From NCBI GenBank assembly GCA_021432655.1, contig MU271206.1, positions 62,001 to 126,000 on the forward strand: a stretch of 64,000 nucleotides of DNA, read 5' to 3'. The stretch comes from Atractiella rhizophila (lineage: Eukaryota). The stretch's first letter is position 1. Each line of letters opens with the position of its first letter. A model generated the notes under the pieces. That model worked only from the letters and a program-made list of their open reading frames with translations. It was not told the origin of the DNA and ran no database searches. Below, piece after piece: positions 35,196 through 48,019 of this stretch. Position numbers and translations under genes: made by a program.

Positions 35196-35708
35196 ATGAC
35201 ACACGGTCCAATTCCAATCGTTCTTTGTGGCAGAGCAGCTGTCATTGGCTCCAAAGTCATAGCTGGCTTGAAACCAGAGTACGAAGGCGAGTAGCTCTCT
35301 TGTTTTCTTCACTGAGGACCTGACTAGTCGCTCGCACAAGTGATCGAGTTCATCACATCCACAGAAGAAGGTTGTGTTGCCCTCCCTCAAATCCTCCGAG
35401 GCCAAGGACATCTGGTCTCCTCCAGCAACGAGCTCGGTACACACAACTACTCCGTTGAACCACAAGCAATCATGTTTGGAGCCGGGTATGAGGACGAAGA
35501 CGTGGAAAAATTGAGGGACGCTTGTAAAGGAGAGGGGATCAAGAGAGTGCCTTGGTTGAGAGCGAAGAAAATAGAAGATGTGACCACTGAAAAGATTGAG
35601 CCAGGGCCGGCATATGCTCAAGCTGTTCTGGGACGAGCGAAGGATTGTTTGAACAAGTTGAACGCGGAGGCGAAGTTGGGAAGCAATGATGAGACTGTTT
35701 GGTTTTGA
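35196..35708 (+). CDS. Uncharacterised ~150-aa protein, duplicate of type 2
   Basis: Same translation as 33256-33768. Confidence 0.8.
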
Positions 35709-36238
35709 TTTATATTCGAGGACTTGAAACAGCAAACTTTTTGTGTTACAACATGGCCTTTGTATGAATGAAATGGAGTTGACGAGAGGAAAGAACGTTT
35801 CGTTTTCCTGCTCAGTCTGCATGGTTTCTAGACTTAATTCACCATGGCTTTCCTTCAGCTCCATACTTAGAGATCGGGAGCCAGTCGCGACTTTTCTTTT
35901 TCAGGACACAGTTGCACGAACTTCGAATTACACCTCGGGAAGTTAACAGATAGCATCAGTCATGCTCTTGAAACACGAGGGTGTCCAACTGTCTAAGATG
36001 CCGTCTATCCGACACGACTCTCCAATGGCGCAACAACGATGCACAGAATTGCACGTAACGTACCGTTCTTTCATCTCGTCGGGCCATTTGATATGTCATT
36101 TTGGTAAGCTGAGCAAGCCATGTCTTCTAAGTACGTAGTAAACTGAATAAGCAATTGAATCACTGGTGGCTTCATAAGCTCATACCAGTGAGAATCCACG
36201 CAAATAGAATACTAAAGTCGATAACTGGCACTTCAACA

Positions 36239-36753
36239 ATGTCTCCAGGTCCAGTTCCTCTCATTCTCATTGGAAAAACAGCTGCCATTGCTGCCAAAGT
36301 GGTAGCAGGTTTGAAACCGGAATACGAAGGTACATAAATTCGCTTCTCAATATACAGACAGTGGATGATGTTGAAAAAACAGTGCTCCATGTCATCTTGT
36401 CCATCGACGAAGGTGTAGCTGCCATCCACCAAATTCTTCGAGGAGATGCACATCTCATAACGTTAAACAACGAGCTTGGGACGGCGAATCACTCCGTCGA
36501 ACCGCAAGCAGTACTGTTAGGAGCCATATACCCAGATGAGGAGGTGAAAAGACTCAGAGATGCATGCCACATAGATGGAGGAAAACAAGTTCCTTCGTTG
36601 CGGGTAAAGAGGATAGAGGATCTAACAGCAGAAGATGTCAAGCCTGATTCTCCGGATTATCCTCGAGCCGTTCTGAAGCGCGCAAAGGATTGTTTAGATA
36701 AGATGAGTGCTGAAGGGAGACTAGGTGATAATGACGAGACGGTTTGGTTTTGA
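36239..36753 (+). CDS. Uncharacterised ~150-aa protein, paralog type 3
   Basis: MSPGPVPLILIGKTAAIAAKVVAGLKPEYE / VLHVILS...ELGTANHSVEPQAVLLGA...ETVWF*, with the intron at the same position. Confidence 0.85.
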
Positions 36754-37411
36754 AGTGTAGAATGGAACGATATTGATATCACGTAGCATCCAACTGCCTT
36801 GCAAGTCCATCAATCAAGGGTGAATCTACTGATCTCCAACTCCTGGTTGTCCAAAAACAGGACATCTAAAATTAATGACGGATGAAGCAGAACCGGCTGT
36901 TCCTTTCACGCCGAGAGTATATTCAGAGCATCCAACTCCTTAAGGCAGTACTCAGCACTAAATGCTCAACAGTCAACTCTCAACCATCATCCTAAGTAGA
37001 ATCCCCCCCAAAGAAATATACGCACCTTGAATCTCTTGTCCCCAATATAAGATCAGTGCGTACCAAATAAATACAGGTTCCCTCTTTCTTCTCTTCATTG
37101 CCATGCCGTCGTAAAATTAACGCGCATTAACACGCATTGTTCGGTTTGCTCCCGTTCATGTACGTTCATACATTCACAATTCAAATATTCTAAAGCTAAT
37201 TTGGTTGTGACAAAACAGCGCAAGATGAGCCGAGACGATGAGCGCCTTTGAGAAGTATATCGCTGTGGAGGGATACATATCAGTCCGACATGAGAAAGCA
37301 TCTTTACACGAGGACAAAAAAGATTGCCATCTGGTGTTCCTGCAAAGACAAAGGGAACTTTGCCGGAGGAGAGATACCAAACAGCTTGTAACCATCAGCT
37401 GTGAATTGAAG

Positions 37412-39205
37412 CTAGCCTTGAAACTCTTCGCCTCCAATTGGTGGCCATTCTGCTCTGAACTCTCCTCCCAAATAGTCGACCATTCCAACACTACGATAGA
37501 TCCATACTTCGCCCTGTTGCATTCCAGATAAGTTGTAAGTTTGGCGTTTAGGAGCCTTTCCAAGGCTCTGTTCTATCACTTCCAGCGAACCAAAGGAAGT
37601 CGGCAGAAGCGTGTCACCATCGTTTGGAGGAGATCCCGATGACAAGGTGGGCGAAGAAGTGGAAACAACAATCGCGGTATGCTTCCAGAATTTTAATTTT
37701 CAGCTGTCAGAAGAACGGAAAAGAGAAGCAGATGAATGCGTACGTCAGGATTTCCTAATGAGAACGTGGTGAATCCATCCTTAATGGTCACTCTTCGCCA
37801 CTCGACGATGTCACCACGTCTCACAACACCATCTCCGCCGCGCCATCGTCCAACCGTACCTTCTCCCCCAACACGGCCGTAGTAAATCCGATGACCATGA
37901 CAACGTCCTGTGGAATAGGCAGGCTCAGGCATGTCCGGATACGACTTCTGAATGTCTCGGATGGCTTCATTAGCCATATCCCAACATTCGCCTCTGCCCA
38001 CAGGGCGTCCTTCAGCCTCAGCACGCTCCGCAAACTGGGCGATTATCTCTCCAAAACTCTCTGCCCATCCAGCCAACAATTCGCCGTCCCACGGTTCAGG
38101 TATGGGGCGATAAAGGCCTTCCTTTGAAGCAATGACTCCAGTGCGTGTATCGAAAGCGACGCGATACGTGATTCTCGAGCAATCTTCAAAGATAGCTGCC
38201 CCAAGAACTTCCTTGTTCGTTCCTCTATGGGACCACGAAGCCGTCCACATCATGTCTTGCCGATTAACAAGAATCGGAGGGAGTGGGTTGTCGGATTGAT
38301 ACCAGGTTTCTGACGGGGACCAAGCTGAGGAGAAGTACTCGGAGACTGTACGAGCTGAACAAGTATGTGGATCTTCAGGGGGGAGATCCACTGTCTGCGG
38401 GGTGGACGGTGCCGGAGTGGAGGACTGCGACGGTCGTGCCCAGAGCACAGGAGGTGGCTGTTGAACGTTATATTCAGCATCACAGCGTAGAAGTCGAGAT
38501 GATATGAACCACGCACAGCGTCGTCGTGAGCAACCTCGCGTTCTGCTGATGCTTCTTCTTTCTTTCCCCACCTACTCTGCAGTGACGAAGCGATACCCGA
38601 CGCCTTCTCTGTCAATCCTGCAGGGATCTTGGATGTCAGTGAGCTCTTCGGTCCATTAGAATTTGATGGGATAAGTTGTGAAGGGACGGCAGTTCGCGAT
38701 TGTGCTGGCGCAGAGTCGGATCGAACGAGGGTGTAACCACGCGAGTTGAAGAACTGTGACATTTTTGAGAAAATTTCAGGAGGACTTGAAAGAATCGTCT
38801 CACCTCATCGAGGAGCGAAAATAATCCTTGCTTCTCTTCCACAGACAGATTCCGAAAATCGATCTTTCCCTGCCCTGCCTGCGGCTGGTAGGAAGAAGTG
38901 GAAGCAAGTGGAGTGGTTGGTCGGAATGCTGCTCTCGGTGCAGGTGGTGGCGGAGGCGGTTCTTCAGTTGATTGGACTGTGTTCGTCGGGGCAGGAGGAG
39001 GAATGGCAGCCTTCCGTGTCGGAGGTGGAGGCGCTGGCTTCTTTCCAATAGGTGGCGCATCGGGAGAGTGGACAGATGTAGGTCTACCATAGGATGTGTC
39101 GCCTGAGTGAGGGGAGGTGTGACGATCTTTCCACGCGTTTGCTTTCTGCGCTCCGGAAGAGGCAGCATTCTGAGCCGCCGCTCGTAGTTCTGCAAATGTT
39201 GGCAT
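37412..39205 (-). CDS. Proline-rich protein with BBC1/AIM3-type C-terminal cysteine-proteinase-like domain
   Basis: KKPAPPPP-type N-terminus; VGRGECWDMA...RRGDIVEW...GNPDHTAIV...EVIEQS...QGEVWIYR. Confidence 0.75.
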
Positions 39206-39431
39206 TGTGTATTAATCGGGATTTACCTGCAAAGGTTGATGTCAGTGACTATGATCATGGATCCGATTTAGGCACGTTCATTCTTTTGGCATATGCACCG
39301 TGAAGCAAAAAAAAAAAGAATAGAATGTCGTGAATTCGTTCATTAGTATGCAAACGAAAGGGATGATGTTCTATAGCTGGTTCTATAGCAATAGAGAACG
39401 GGTGAGAGCGACGAGAAACCTTGCCCTCATT

Positions 39432-39440
39432 TCACGTGAC
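39432..39440. promoter_or_regulatory. E-box TCACGTGAC
   Basis: RTCACGTG consensus upstream of the BBC1-like gene. Confidence 0.4.
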
Positions 39441-40576
39441 AAGGGACAGCTCGCACTCCCCACTAGCAACCTTTAAGCGGTCAGTCTTCATCCAACAGCA
39501 CCAGATGGTCCCATATCTCTTTGCTGCACAATTGAAGCAAAAAGTTTAATCGAGACAGATCAAGGTGTACCAAGTATCAAAATGCTTGGGCTTTGTCAGA
39601 GGCCGAGCAGTGGCGGAACCACTACCATCCGTTGAAGGAGGCACAATTCTATCTGATCATCTCATTATACTGTCATAGATGCGCAAACAACGATAGCGAA
39701 ACACCCATAGTACTCGGTCAATTAATGTAACAACCTGTGATCCCGTCTTTCAACTTCGAGATTGAGGAGCATCTTAAATCGCAAATCGAACGAAATAAGG
39801 TAGTCAGGATACACACCGTAGCGAGATGACTTTGATCCAAGGTTTCCCCTTATCCTTATTCTCTGTGTTGCACTACTGTCTTCGTCGTCTGTAGTTTCGT
39901 GTCGTTGTTCAAGTTGATCGATGATCTGTGGCTGATCTGTGCAAATTCCGAACGCCGGATTAGGTAGTTCCGTCGTCATTCTCAAAGGCTGCAGGCAACG
40001 CTTCCCGCTCAGTCCTCAAGGCCTCAGGCCTCAGGCTCCATGCCAGGCTTAAGCGCTTCAGGCAAATTCTGGCACTGCGTGTTGCTACTTCATGGGCCAC
40101 ATCAGTTAGGGTAGGAGCACAGGTACATCATAGAGACTCCTTTCTAAGCAATACCATACGGCCAACTTCATGTTGAATGATACACATCGATGGACGTGGA
40201 GCCCAAAAACAACTACCCTCCAAGTCACCCAATAAAGAAACCACAAATTTGAGGAGGAAGGAAGGGAGAAGGATGAATGGGAACATGTAAAGGTCAGGGT
40301 TATTTATCACATATTTGATATCGATACGAAATGAGAACTGATTTCCGAGCGTTTGAAGGTAACTATGTAGTTGAAGAATTGAAGGTATTGATGAAGACGA
40401 ATGGAAGATGAAACATGGTTGACATATTGAATAAGGGTAAAGAAACCGGATATTCCTTATAACAAACATTGATACTGATTCCAAATCCAACAATCCACAA
40501 GAGAAATTTGACTTACACACTCTCCACCGCTTCCTCCTCTTCGAGATTCGGATAAGCAACGATAGATAACGATAGT

Positions 40577-42602
40577 CTATTGCTGATGGTCCGGATTCGC
40601 AATCACCAACGCCATCTGGACAACGTCCGCTCCCAACCCTGGACTGCCTTCAAAGCTTCCATCCTCGACCTTCTCTCCAAAGCCCTCAGGCGGTGTACCG
40701 AGGGCCACGCTGGGTGGTCTACTTCCCAAAGCGATGTCCATGGCTAACCTCTCCGGGGTCATCGGCGTCGGTGTGCCTCTCAAGCTCCCTCTGCCGCCTT
40801 CCAATCCGTCAACGTCGATTCGTCTCCTTTTCGCTCCTCGCTCCTCGCTCCCATCCCTCACTCCCATCAGCTCTCCTACACCACCACCACCTCCTCCTAA
40901 TGCGACCCCGACTCCGTTTTCAACGGCATCGCGCTCCGCCTCCCGCTTCAGCGTCCGTCCCCACTTGACGCCTTTCACCTTGAGCGTGTCCCTATTCGTC
41001 ATCCGCACAAACTTGTCCACCGGCGTGCCGTCCTCGTTGAAGGCGTTAACGGCATGTACGGCGTCGACTATGAAGGTGTTAGGTGTCTCGCCTGCCAGAC
41101 GCGAGACCGCATGTTGGGCGAGGACGGTTCGGGCGCCGTGAATGTCAGATAGGCGGAGGACGTGACATTCCGTCGCATGCTATCAAATACAGGCGCGTCA
41201 GTATCGAGACTAGTGATGGGGAATGGGACGGACTCGGTACCAGGTCTTGTATGCCTTGGGCAGGAAGTTCTCTGGTGCGTGAGGGGAGAGGTTCGCCATC
41301 TGCCCTTGCCCTTCTTGGTTGATTGATGGACGCTGTCGTTTCAGCGTGCAGGTATCAACGAGCTCGATCTCTTTCTTGCACTGTTCGCACAGGGTCCGCC
41401 TCAGTGATGGACAACACCAGATACATCATCGAGAACCGACCTGATGGCACATAGCCATATATTTCGTTCCCCTCTCCTTCTTCCTGCTTCTCACTGGTAT
41501 GCTCTCCACCTCCCTAATCTACTCACCACATTAGTTACACGAGAAAGAGGGACGGAGGGAGGGTGGCGTACGGTCACCGGGCAACTGTAACCCCCACCGT
41601 CAATCGTGCTTATCCCATGCTTCTCAATCATATGTGCTCGATACTTGGACGTAGGAAGGCCGTGCCAAACAACCTTTGATTCTCCTCCCCTCTCCGGTGG
41701 TTCCTACCATACGAACGTACGCACCAGATCAGCGGAGGAGAAAGATGAAGAGTCGAGAGGGCTACGTACGAAACAAATTGGACATAGGCCCATCTTCTCC
41801 CTGCCTCTTCCTTTAGTGATCCTCGGCGTATACAAGCTATTCCTCGGCGAAGGGTCTTTGTGACAAATTTGTTCGCAGGGTACCAAGTCCTGCCCTGGCA
41901 CCATGGCTGCAGAAGGAGATGCAGGTGTAGAACTACCGTTGGCGGAATGGTTGAGGTGTGCATGGGCGGGCATGGGCACACAATGACACGTCGTTGCGCC
42001 GGCGCATGGAGAGGCAGGGAAGGCGAGCTTAGCAGCTTGATCATTGGGGTGTAGAATGCACGGTAGAAAGCAGCTATTGAGAGCACGTTAGCACAAGTCT
42101 ACACTCTGAGAAGTCATAAAAGGCGGGATGAAGAGAACGCACGGAAAAGAGCATGCATAACCACCTCTTGTCCTGGATCCCTCCTCGCGCTTCCATCTGG
42201 AGCCAAATGGAAACCTGGCGCAAGACCTCCTGCCCCCATATACCCTCCCGTCCCTGAACCTCCTTCAGGGGCAGCGAGAGGTAAGGGTTCGACGGAGAGA
42301 CATGCGTCTGCGAGGTCGGCCAGAGAATGGGTGGTGGCGACAGAGGTTTCGCGAACGTTTTGTGCGATGGGAGAGGGAGATTGTTGTTGCGTCGGTTGTT
42401 GATGTGGTGGAAGTGGAAGCGCGAGAGAGGTGGTCGGTAGAGAGAGGGGGGACGTTGGAAGAGCGAGAGTGGTAGATGGGTGAGACGGTAGGGAAAGAGA
42501 GAGACCGGCACCTGGTCCTGAGAGGAGAGGATGGATTGGGCTGGACATGTTGTTCTGTTGGTGCTGTGAGGGGGCAGAGATGGGGAGCGATAGCGAAGTC
42601 AT
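40577..42602 (-). CDS. Rua1-like (DUF4451-type) zinc-binding transcription regulator
   Basis: LYTPRITKGRGREKMGLCPIC...YRAHMIEKHGIS...MCHxC motif set flanked by low-complexity regions; several introns, some boundaries uncertain. Confidence 0.6.
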
Positions 42603-43726
42603 TTTTGTTTACCCTTCGTGAGTGCAAATTGATTCTGTAAATACGATCGAATACGATAGAAGTTCAGTCGTCGCGATTGGAAGGATGTTGGAAGATTGCG
42701 AAGATGGGAGCACGGTTGTGATTATTTATTCGCCGTGTGCCAGTGGCAGGAAGGGACAAGGAGCGCGCTCCGATCTTCCAAGGTGCAAGGCGACTTGCTT
42801 CCTCCTTCCGCAGGGCAAACGGTACTTAGAATGCGCGTTTGTTGTGAGAGCAAATGGCGAAAGAACAAAGGGCGTTCGATCTGCGTCTGCCACCCATCGC
42901 CCAATCAGTCCTGGTCACATTTCAGGGCCTTTCAAAGGGAGATTTCCGTACCCTTTGTGCTTCTTGTTTGAGTGTGATGGTGATCCCTGCTCAGAATACC
43001 GGCAGACTGGATTTTGGGATCCTGGAAAGGGATGCGAGGCGAATGATGGAGGATGCGATGGGGAAAGATGCGAGGTCCTTGTTTTTATAATGCGGCGGAT
43101 GTGCAACAAGGTTAGCGTGCATCGTTAAGGTTTATGCCCACGCGTAAACCTGGATTTGTTTGCTCGCTTGTCACTTTCAATATCACCATCATCAATCACA
43201 TTAATAACTCTGCCCATGTCATGTTCTAGTGAAACGATAACTTCTTGAAATCCTGAGTTAAGGTCTGAGTCTAGGCAAGCACTGTTATTATGACATCTCG
43301 GTATATAAATTGGACTGAATCCTTTTTTCCATCGATTGCAGCTTCCTTCACCTTGTCCCCCGCGCCACATCTCCTCAGTAGACAGCTTAATTAGCTGTAT
43401 CACCTATAAATATGTAAAGAGAATCACATTTTTTCAACTGTTTTTCGAGAGAGCTTGGAGAGGAACTGCTCTATCTTGCATTCCTTCCTTCTCCCTTGCT
43501 TCGTCTGTAGACCGCATGATTCGTTGACGTAGAATGCTCTATAGACTATACTTTCACAGAGACATTTATCAAAGGGACGATCTCTGTACAGTTGCAGGTA
43601 GCGGAGGGAAACACTATGTTGATGACGGGAAGATCCGACCTGTGAGGCAGCTGTTGAGGTTTCCACGCTGAGATTTAGACAAATACCATGCATGGATAGA
43701 AGTACAAATAAGCAACGATACACAGG

Positions 43727-46241
43727 TCATGTCATCCTGCCTTTGTCATCCAAATTTTCGACATCCCCATCCTTCTCACTCAAATCACTAATGCTGCTAA
43801 TCGGCGAGCCTGGAGCTTTTTCCAATCGATCATCCTGTTGAACCGAATCGATGGTGTGAGCGCCTTGCGAATCAAACTTGTAACCTGAGCAAAAGTCCTC
43901 AGCATCGTTGCAAAGGAGAGAAAAGAAATATGAGGACACATACTTTGGAAGTGACGAGCTCCGACTCTCTCTTGGAAGAGAACGTCGAGTTGTTCGAGAG
44001 TGAGATTCTTCGTTTCGGGCAACCAGAAGATTATGAAGATGAAGGAGATGATACAGCTTCCTCCCCATATGTACGTAACCTTCGCTCCCCAATTCAACGA
44101 CTGCTCACAGAAATGAGCTCTCTTCATTATAAAAAATAAAGCACTGACCTGAGGGTTGATGAAATATGGCGTGGTGAAGACCTGTTCAAAGCCTGAGCTT
44201 CGGGAGACATCCATCAAAGAGCAGAATATTTACTGTGAGCCATGCAAAGAAGAAACCGACTGAATAAAACTTTAGCATATAACCACTGTTACACAGCGGA
44301 GACACGTACTAGCCATGCCCACTCCAAACGTGTATGATCTGAGTCTATTGGAAGACATCTCTCCAGCGGCGACCCACTGCATCCATCATCAGAAAGAGCA
44401 GCTGAAGGTCACGGGATTACTGACAGCAGTGGGACCAACTAGAGTGGACAAAGTCAAACGTCAAGACCGATCAGGGCGACTACACGAGACTTACTCGAGT
44501 AAGAGTATCCGAATTGGAAAAGACACAGGACTGTTGAAGCGACCGTTACGTTGAATAACGAGAAAAGGAATTCAGTCTTACATGCAACCATCCCTCGACC
44601 TGAAGCCTGGGAATCAGGAGCGACCGTGTACCTGTTACGATGGGATGTTTCAGTGAAAAAGTGCCAGTTCAAGAAGTAACACTGACAAGATGCCACAAAC
44701 AAACATGGAGACACCACAGATCGCGAATCCAGAAGAGAGCAGGCTCTTGCGTCCGAACCATTTTGCAAAGGGGATGCCAGCCAACGCTCCAGCCGTTCCG
44801 ACGCACTTCAAGATAATTGAGTCCACGAACGGATTCGAAGTGCCTTTGTAAACGATCAGAAGTGTGCCTGCAAAGTGCGAGGAGGTATATACCAGCAATC
44901 TACAAGGACTTTAGCCACAAAGGGTAAGAATAGGCAAAGAGAGTACGAACGACAAAGAAAACCGTAGCGTAGCCGACAAGAAAGTTGACTCCCGAGGAAG
45001 CATGGAACGTAGTGCAAGCAATGGTGAGCAAGGTTCGGCGCTGTCATACGCGTCAGTTCAGTCTTCCATGACGGGAACCGTCTACAAGATCTGTGCCCCG
45101 GAACATTTCTCGCCAATCACTCGTAGCAGCGAGTCGTCTTTCCGCCTCAATGGCGCGATTGATGGTGGCGAGTTCTTCCGCTACTGAGATGTCGTCCACA
45201 GGTTTAGCCCTCAAACGCGCAAGTGCTTTCAGAGCATCCTCTGAACGATTTTGTGTTGCGAGCCAACGGGGGGACTCTTTGGTATGTTGTTAGCATGGAT
45301 TTCTCACTCTGAATTGACGGACCTGGAATGAACCTGAAACCAATCAATCAGACATAGGCTGGATTCAGAAAAGTCAGAAACTGACCAAACATAGAAACAG
45401 AGCCACACTGGGACAATGAAGAGGACGCCTTTCCACTTGGATGAGACAAGGACGACATCGAGATAAGCAACGTTACCTAATTGTATTTGGTAAGACTCTC
45501 TGCCAAGATGCGTCTTGAGAGCATTGTTGATGACGGCCCCAACGACACCTCCTACGCTGACAAATGGCTGGAAAGTTGAGACGATTGCTCCACGGAGAGC
45601 AGGAGGGGAGGCTTCGCTCATGTAAAGGACTACAAGATTGGTGTACATTCCATTTCCGATGCCTGAATTCATTCGTCAACATCACTGTTTCGCAAATTCA
45701 TGATAAAGAGAATCGTACCAAGGAGCAGTCGTCCAACATAGATTGGTCGAATGTCAGTTACTACGATCTGGATGACGATGCCAACACAGGAAAGAACGCT
45801 AGCCACGAAAACTCCAGCTCGTCGACCCCAGAATCGTGAGAAAGGGCCGGTAATACACGACGCTACGATGAGACCAAGTTGAAGCAGTGAAGTGATGAGT
45901 TGCTGCCGATCCGTAGGTATAATGTAGAATCCAGGTTTAGTCTTGCTCTCCACGCCAAAGACTCTCAGAAATCCTTGCATCGCTTGGAATCTATGATGGC
46001 AAACGTTATTTCAATACCTGATGATGGAACACAGATTGGCGTACCCGTTAATAATACCAGTATCGAGGCCATATTGGAAAGTCGAAGTCTATCCCATTCC
46101 ATTCCTCTTAATTGATATGAATGAAGTGACGAAGCAAGAGCTCACAGCAAGTAATATACAAATGATCACACACTTTCTGCTCTCCCACATCGTCACCTTC
46201 TTGACCGGAGCATTTCCAGATGATGTTGCAACTCCTACCAT
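43727..46241 (-). CDS. MFS sugar porter (alpha-glucoside/hexose transporter-like)
   Basis: FQYGLDTGIING...FWGRRAG...YVGRLLLG...YMSEASPPALRGAIVS...PESPRWL...FGRKSLL...FTTPYFINP...WLPETKNLTLEQLDVLF; many introns. Confidence 0.92.
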
Positions 46242-47944
46242 CCTGAGGTTTCCTATCCAGGGTCGTAATCACAAAAAGCTCGTTGGCTGGAACGCGACAC
46301 GAAGCTTTGCTCCGACTTTTGATGGGGTCATCTTTTAAGACAGCGCGTTTCGGCCGTGAATGAATGCAGGAATGATGCGCAAGAAGAGAAGAGGAGAAAG
46401 CAAACTTGCAATCGTGCCAAGCCTCGAAATGGCGGGGTGATTTGATTTCTTCCCCGCGATTTTTATCGTTCGGCACCAACGGTCGGCACCATGTCTGTGC
46501 GCAAGGAATTGCGAAGGAGGGATCAGCGCTTGAAAAGATCCGAAAGCCAGAGGTTGTAAAGGATCCATACAAGGAGCCAAGCAGAGGGACAGGAAGGACG
46601 GATGCATGGATGATGCTGGGAAAGCGTGTAATTAAACTTCCAGAATTTCGGATTTTGTCCCTTGGATAGGATAAACATTGTTGTTTTACGTTATTATCAT
46701 ATGTCCTCTCACCTGCGCCAGTTCAGTGACATGTCTGAAATATAGAGATAAATTTTCTCCATGTACATGTCCTTTGAATGTGACAGTAATTTCTGTTCCT
46801 AGCTACAACAAAGTTTGTCCGTATCGTGTCAAACCAAGATATTAATCAATTTATGAGTACTTGTGAATTGGTTATATGTTTGGAACCTCATGAAAAATAT
46901 CTACCGTGCAATATTAATGCACAGAACGTGGAGTTATAAACTACCTGTGGGCAGGCGACTACGTTCGTTTCCATCAAATCAATTGATGCGGAGCGTTGCG
47001 AAAGAAAGGAGTCTGCGGCTAAAGTGCCAATTTCAAGGCGTCAAAGTGAACATTCCGACATCTTGTCATGTACCCTTCCTCTTATTCAACCTCAGGGCTA
47101 ACTATGAGCTGCCAGTCCATTCTACTTGATGGACAGACTGAAGGATATCTGTATTTTTTACCCTTGCCTACTCGGGTATACATTATCTCGGAAGGAGTGT
47201 TGAACTCGGTGTTGTGATGTGGATTAGGGTAAATTAATCGTTGTCTGTTTGCTTCCCTCAAATGATCCAAGAGCTGTTTCAAAACTTCACTTTGGTGACG
47301 GCTTCTTGGTATGAGAAACGACATTTCTTTTGCATTTCCAAGTAGCCTTCCTACTAAATGGACGGTACAAGGTGCGTCACCATTAAGGAGCTCAACGTAA
47401 GAACGTAAAAGACTGAACTGGTAGCTCGGGATGATGTAACTAGGCTATGCTATGACCTGAAAGAACAGATTTGTTCCTGTCCTGACGTTGCACAAAACTA
47501 TGAACATTCACATGTGAATGTCGTGAACTCGGATTTCGACCAATTATTCAGTCATTGGGCAACATTTTAAGTAGGTCTCACGGTGTTAGATTTCTCGTTT
47601 GTGTTGCTACTGCTCCCCAACCTGCTTAAGCGGATGCTCACTTTGTCGGCGTGAATTTGCATTGTTACTCTCCTCGCTTCCATCTTGCTATTCTGAATTC
47701 ACTCCAAGTAACACTTTTCCATCCAATTCCCATCACATCCATCCATCCTATCCAACAGTTTGGGAGCCAAGGTGTTTGGCTGTGGCAATAGGGTCAGGGG
47801 TTCGCAGCTAGTGCGACGAAGCAGAAAGGAAGAGGAAACGACCACGCTCCTTTCCTCTCGACTCTGACTTTTATCTTTCTTTCAAAGATATTCACCTGCC
47901 TGAAGGGGTCACCACGCTCATTATCTCGCAGTAATCCAGTATTC

Positions 47945-48019
47945 AATATCGACAATATCCAAATATCACCAATATCACCAATATCGACATATCAACATCA
48001 ACATCAACATCACTACATC
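47945..48019 (+). repeat. AATATC(A/G)(A/C)C / ATCAAC simple repeat directly upstream of the RAX2 ATG
   Basis: About five 8-9-mers grading into ATCAAC hexamers up to the start codon. Confidence 0.8.

Larger units (their letters stand above)
31838..35717. repeat. Head-to-tail tandem duplication of a 1940-bp unit (31838-33777 / 33778-35717)
   Basis: Constant 1940-bp offset; the encoded proteins are identical and only about a dozen differences were seen. Confidence 0.97.

Noticed and set aside
33139..35864. Long minus-strand ORFs (253 and 261 aa)
   Set aside because: Antisense shadows of the plus-strand paralogs; their N-termini differ between the duplicated copies.
47082..47324. 80-aa minus-strand ORF in the AT-rich intergenic region
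   Set aside because: Plausible ATG context but no motif, intron or paralog support.
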